From Candidatus Latescibacterota bacterium (GTDB taxonomy: Bacteria; Latescibacterota; UBA2968; UBA8231), in NCBI GenBank assembly GCA_965206595.1, contig OZ242214.1, positions 704,001-768,000 of the forward strand: a stretch of DNA of 64,000 bases. The letters are read 5' to 3'. A program made the position numbers and the translations under genes. Below the pieces are notes generated by a model. The model was given only the letters and a program-made list of their open reading frames with translations. It searched no databases and was not told the origin of the DNA. This document shows, one piece after another, positions 60,106-64,000 of the stretch. The first letter of the stretch is position 1, and every line of letters begins with the position of its first letter.

Positions 60106-60987
60106 ATGGACACGTCGTTCACGAACAGCAGGGAAGATATCGCGCGAGCGCGGCGGGACGAGACCGACTGGGGGAGCCTGACGCGGGCAGAGCGGATCCG
60201 CTCCATCGAGCTGGAGGGGTACGTCGTCATCCCCGGCCTGCTCTCGCCCGAGACCCTCGACAGGATCCGGGAAGAGCTGGCGAAGCTGCCGACCCGGGCG
60301 GTCGACTACAGCCCCCATCAGCGCGGCTTCTCCGACGTGCAGTGGACGGACTCCCCCACCGCCATCGGCGTCATCGCCCACCCGCAGATGATCGGGTTCC
60401 TCACCGAGCTGTTCGGGGACGACCTGATCTGCACCTCCTGCGGCTACGGATGCTCGCAGCCCGGGCACCCGGGGATCGCCGTGCACACCGACGCGCAGCC
60501 GTATGGCTCGAAGATCTTCGGGCTGCAGTCGAGCTCGCCGGTGCTGGCGCGGGCGCTCTACTACCTCGACGACCAGACTCCCGACCGCTCGCCGTTCAAG
60601 GTGGTCCCGAGATCGCACCTGTCGATGCACATAGACGGCAATCCCTACAACCGCTTCCTCAGCCATCCCGAAGAAATGATGGTCTGCTGCCGCGCCGGCG
60701 ATGCCGTGGTGATCAACCAGAACGTCTTCCACGGCAATTTCCCCAATCACAGCGACGGCGACCGGCGCATGCTCGCCATCGCCTACCGCCCCTGCTGGGC
60801 CGGGCCGATCGACGATATCCAGGAGGACCGCGACCCGCAGCAGGTGGCGACCCTGCCGGAGCACATCCAGCCTTTCTTCCGCAGCCTCAACACGCGGGGA
60901 ATCGACTACGACGTCCCCAACCGGCCGGACGGAATGCAGCGCCAGGCCGCGGGGATCGGCCCCAGCCGCTGGGGCAACGGCCACTGA
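60106..60987 (+). CDS. Phytanoyl-CoA dioxygenase (PhyH) family
   Basis: EGYVVIP, HTD, VPRSH and FHG motifs. Confidence 0.88.
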   Translation: MDTSFTNSREDIARARRDETDWGSLTRAERIRSIELEGYVVIPGLLSPETLDRIREELAKLPTRAVDYSPHQRGFSDVQWTDSPTAIGVIAHPQMIGFLTELFGDDLICTSCGYGCSQPGHPGIAVHTDAQPYGSKIFGLQSSSPVLARALYYLDDQTPDRSPFKVVPRSHLSMHIDGNPYNRFLSHPEEMMVCCRAGDAVVINQNVFHGNFPNHSDGDRRMLAIAYRPCWAGPIDDIQEDRDPQQVATLPEHIQPFFRSLNTRGIDYDVPNRPDGMQRQAAGIGPSRWGNGH

Positions 60988-61040
60988 GCCGGCCCCGGGA
61001 GCTGCCTCGCGCGCAGCCCGGACTCGTTTCACCCGACCTG

Positions 61041-61607
61041 CTACTTCACCAGACTGCCTGCCATCGCCAGGATGATGTCGTTGTCGATACGGACGCGAAA
61101 GTCCGGGTCGACATGCTGGTAGGCGATCTTCCCGCCCTTTGCCACTACGAACACGGACGGAACAGGCAGCGGCGGCCTGTCGGGGTTTCGGTAGGCGATA
61201 CCGAGGCCGGCGGCCAGCTTCAGATCGCGGTCGGACAGCAGCGGAAAGCCGACCCCGGTTTCTGCGCGCGTCGCCATGGCAGCGGCAGGTTCATCCGGGC
61301 TGACGGCGAAAAGCCGAACCCCCATGGCCGTCAGCTGGCCGTGAATCCTTTCCAGCTCAACTAGCTGGTTCTTGCAGTACCCTCACCAGCCTCCCCGGTA
61401 GAAAACGAGTATCGCCGGCTTCTCCGCGACCGCGGCGGGGAGATCGAGGCTCATGCCGTCGTCGCCGGTGAGCACGGCAGCGGGAAGCGCGGCGCCCACG
61501 AGCACAGGACGGACCTGCTCCGCGGACGGCGGCAGCGGTTTCACCTGGGCGTCGGCGGTGGCAACCGCCAGGAGAGTGGCGGTTGCGGTGCAGAACAATC
61601 GTTTCAT
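61041..61607 (-). CDS. Secreted peroxiredoxin-like (AhpC/TSA) selenoprotein, Sec at UGA 61383-61385
   Basis: FYRGGW-U-GYC (UxxC) joins two in-frame ORFs. SECIS-like hairpin downstream, and selA is in the window. Confidence 0.88.
61352..61368 (-). promoter_or_regulatory. Putative bacterial SECIS element
   Basis: CCAGCU-AGUUG-AGCUGG hairpin separated from the UGA by 14 nt, with G at loop position 2. Confidence 0.7.
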
Positions 61608-61695
61608 CCGGCTCCTTTCGCGCCGGCCCTGCCGGCGGGTTTCCGTGTGCCAAGGTGTTGGCCGGGCAATGGTGTTCCACAGCCCTGCGGATCCT

Positions 61696-63294
61696 TCAGC
61701 CCGGCGGCGGCAGCAGGGTGGCTGAATACTCCTCGGACCAGGCGACGGCGATCTCGACGTCGGTGAGGACGAGGTCGCAGGCGAGCTGCGGGTGCCGTTC
61801 CCGGAGAATGGCCTCGATCTGGTGGAGGGCGCTGCCGAGCGCCCCTGGGTCGAGGGGGAAGCGCAGCCAGGCGTCGCCGCTTACCCGGGAGATCGGGACG
61901 GCGAAGGAATGCTGGTCGGCGTCGCTGCCCGGCAGGTTGTAGGAGACCACTGGGTCGCCGAGCTCCTCGCCGTTCCAGCGCACCCCCACCTCGTCCCCTT
62001 CCACCCACTCCTTCAGGTGCAGGCGCAGCTCGGCGGCCAGCGGCGTTCCCGACTCCGCGGTTTCGACGTCGACCACGGGGCCGCGCCCGGTCAGGGTCGG
62101 GCGCAGGGGCACTGGCACCTGTCCGCGGCGGCGGTCGTTGCGGTAGGCCCCGCGCCAGGGCCCCTCGTAGACGACGTGGCGATGGGTGGCCGCATAGATC
62201 TTGTCCAGCCGCTCGAGGATTGCCGGGTCGCCGACCTCGCACATCAGGCCCCGCCGCGGTCCGTCGGCCCCGGCATGCCAGTTGAAGGCGTAGATGCCGT
62301 CGGCCCCGGCGCGGTGATGGCGCGCGGCGACGGCGCGCGTGCGCAGGATGTTCTTGCGGTCCGACGACTCGGGGCCGACCCAGGGGTCGGGCAGGCCGGA
62401 GTCGAAGCCCGGGTAGAAGGGGACGCCGCGCGGCCGGCAGAGCTCCTGGAAGCGTTCGACCTCGACCGCAGGATCGGTCGCCGCTCCGCCGCCCCCGATC
62501 AGCAGGTCGACGAGATCCTCCTGCAGCCAGGTTTCGACGTCGTAGCCGATGTCGGCGCAGGCCTCGAGGCTGGTGGCGACCCGCGCCGCCAGGTAGAGGG
62601 GCCGGCCGCGCTGCTCGCCGGCCCGGTCCGTCGCCTGGCGGGCGGCGCGCTGCAGGTCGGTTATGGTGTAGCGCAGGCGGTAGGCCTCGTCCGCGGGCAG
62701 GTGGAAGCCGTGGCGCTGCCAGTCGAGCTCGATGCCGTCCCAGTCGTACCCCTCGCACAGCTCGCGGACGTGGTCGAGGCGGTTGCGCCGCACCTCGGGA
62801 ACCGACAGGTCCCACGACAGGGCGAACCACTCCGAGGTGCGCTCCCCGAGCAGCCATTCCGGGTGCTCCCTGCGCAGCTGCGTCAGCTCGCCGTGGTGGA
62901 GCGTGGCGAGATCGGACGGCTGGGCGCCGTTGAAGTGGTTGTCGTTCATGCGCAGCGAGGCGTACACGGCGATGCCGAGCTCGCGCCCGCGTTCGATGAC
63001 GGCGGCCTGCGGGTCCTCCCCGCGCTCGAGCATGCGGCGGATGTTCTCGGTGTGGATGTAGGTGCCGGCGCTTTCGTAGCTGCGGCCGTACAGGCCGCCG
63101 ACCACCTCGAGGGAGTCGCTGCGCCAGCGCGCCGAGTGCTCGCCGACGCACCAGAAAAGGGCGTCGACCTGGGTGTCGACCAAGGGGGCGTAGACGCCTT
63201 CGAGGAACTCCTCGAGGCTCTGCGGGACCGGGGAGTACCCGTGCGGGGCCCCGTCCCAGTTGTAGATGACGCGGTAGTTCGTGGGTCGGTTCAT
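61696..63294 (-). CDS. Glycoside hydrolase-like 10 (GHL10/DUF187-like) TIM-barrel protein
   Basis: YNWDG, SLRMND, HPEW, YDWDGIELDW and DGIYAFN motifs. Confidence 0.75.
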   Translation of the reverse strand: MNRPTNYRVIYNWDGAPHGYSPVPQSLEEFLEGVYAPLVDTQVDALFWCVGEHSARWRSDSLEVVGGLYGRSYESAGTYIHTENIRRMLERGEDPQAAVIERGRELGIAVYASLRMNDNHFNGAQPSDLATLHHGELTQLRREHPEWLLGERTSEWFALSWDLSVPEVRRNRLDHVRELCEGYDWDGIELDWQRHGFHLPADEAYRLRYTITDLQRAARQATDRAGEQRGRPLYLAARVATSLEACADIGYDVETWLQEDLVDLLIGGGGAATDPAVEVERFQELCRPRGVPFYPGFDSGLPDPWVGPESSDRKNILRTRAVAARHHRAGADGIYAFNWHAGADGPRRGLMCEVGDPAILERLDKIYAATHRHVVYEGPWRGAYRNDRRRGQVPVPLRPTLTGRGPVVDVETAESGTPLAAELRLHLKEWVEGDEVGVRWNGEELGDPVVSYNLPGSDADQHSFAVPISRVSGDAWLRFPLDPGALGSALHQIEAILRERHPQLACDLVLTDVEIAVAWSEEYSATLLPPPG

Positions 63295-63354
63295 CCGGTT
63301 CCTTTCAGGTGTGGTGCGGGAAAAGGCCGGGGTGCCGCCCGGGCGGATGCCAGA

Positions 63355-63456
63355 TCAAGCGGGCACCTCCACTTCGTACACCTGGCTGCGCCCGCTGCGG
63401 TCGGAGGTGAAGATCGCGAGCCCGTCTCCCCATAGGTGGGATCGCCAGTCGGCCAT
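63355..63456 (-). pseudogene. 33-codon remnant of a TolB/oligogalacturonate-lyase-like propeller gene
   Basis: MADWRSHLWGDG joined in frame to LAIFTSDRSGRSQVYEVEVPA*. Confidence 0.55.
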
Positions 63457-63502
63457 GGTCGGTATCCGGTCGGTTGTCCTCGTTTTCAAGGCCGGGGCCG
63501 GG

Positions 63503-64000
63503 TCAGGGGGCGAGAAGCGGCCGCTGCTCAGACGGCATCGCCTGCCGCAGCGAGTCGGGGAACTGGTCGCGGTAGCCGGTGCGGCGGACGAACTCGATCA
63601 GGCGGGCGGCCGAGGTGTCGTAGAAGGAGGTAAAGTACACGTAGCGGGCCCGGTCCGAACGGTTCTGCGACGCCGAGTGAAAGCAGAGGGGGTTGAAGAC
63701 GATGAGGTCCCCCTCCTCGGCGCAGATCTCGACGCCGTCGTCGCGGTGGCCGGCGCCGGACGTGTTGGAGTCGAGGGGGCCGGTGTCGCTCCCGGGGTCG
63801 TCGCCGAACAGGGTGGCGTAGGAGAACCTGTGAGAACCGGGGACGATGTGGACGCCGGCGCCGCCCGGTTTCACCGTGCTCAGGTAGTGCAGCATCTGGT
63901 AGTAGACCTGCTTCGGCACCGCCTCGAACTCGGCGCGGCAGAAAGCGGCGTCGATATGGTAACCCAGCTCTCGTGCGTACGGAGGCGGTTGCGGATCGGA
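63503..64000 (-). CDS. PhyH family dioxygenase (5' end outside the window)
   Basis: Frame is open to the window edge. HID, VPGSH and FHSAS motifs. Confidence 0.85.
   Translation of the reverse strand, partial: SDPQPPPYARELGYHIDAAFCRAEFEAVPKQVYYQMLHYLSTVKPGGAGVHIVPGSHRFSYATLFGDDPGSDTGPLDSNTSGAGHRDDGVEICAEEGDLIVFNPLCFHSASQNRSDRARYVYFTSFYDTSAARLIEFVRRTGYRDQFPDSLRQAMPSEQRPLLAP

Overview
A 64 kb bacterial window, GC-rich overall. Its gene content suggests a sponge-symbiont-type Latescibacterota/Poribacteria/Gemmatimonadota-like organism (inference): several PhyH dioxygenases and Gfo/Idh/MocA oxidoreductases, C-terminal 'TWGRIK' proteins, and YWTD, cadherin and LRR eukaryote-like domains. Main contents: (1) 1-8118, an AT-richer island that looks like an undescribed bacteriocin/RiPP locus. 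It encodes a TPR protein, a 74-aa leader+hydrophobic-core peptide with two Cys, two ABC exporters, a small membrane adaptor, a CxxC redoxin and a YIP1 protein. (2) Oxidoreductase genes. (3) A form II-type coxG-S-L-M molybdoenzyme operon with an EVE-HNH nuclease gene between coxS and coxL. (4) A 3.8 kb putative defence cassette (Schlafen/AlbA_2, an unknown gene, PLD-P-loop ATPase) bracketed by ~135-bp direct repeats, with one frameshift in each nuclease gene. (5) A 4134-aa multi-adhesin/M8 metalloprotease downstream of selA. (6) A peroxiredoxin-like selenoprotein (UxxC plus SECIS-like hairpin) that the ORF track splits in two. (7) Several gene remnants. No rRNA, tRNA, CRISPR array or transposase was seen. 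All product calls come from motif recognition, not database searches.
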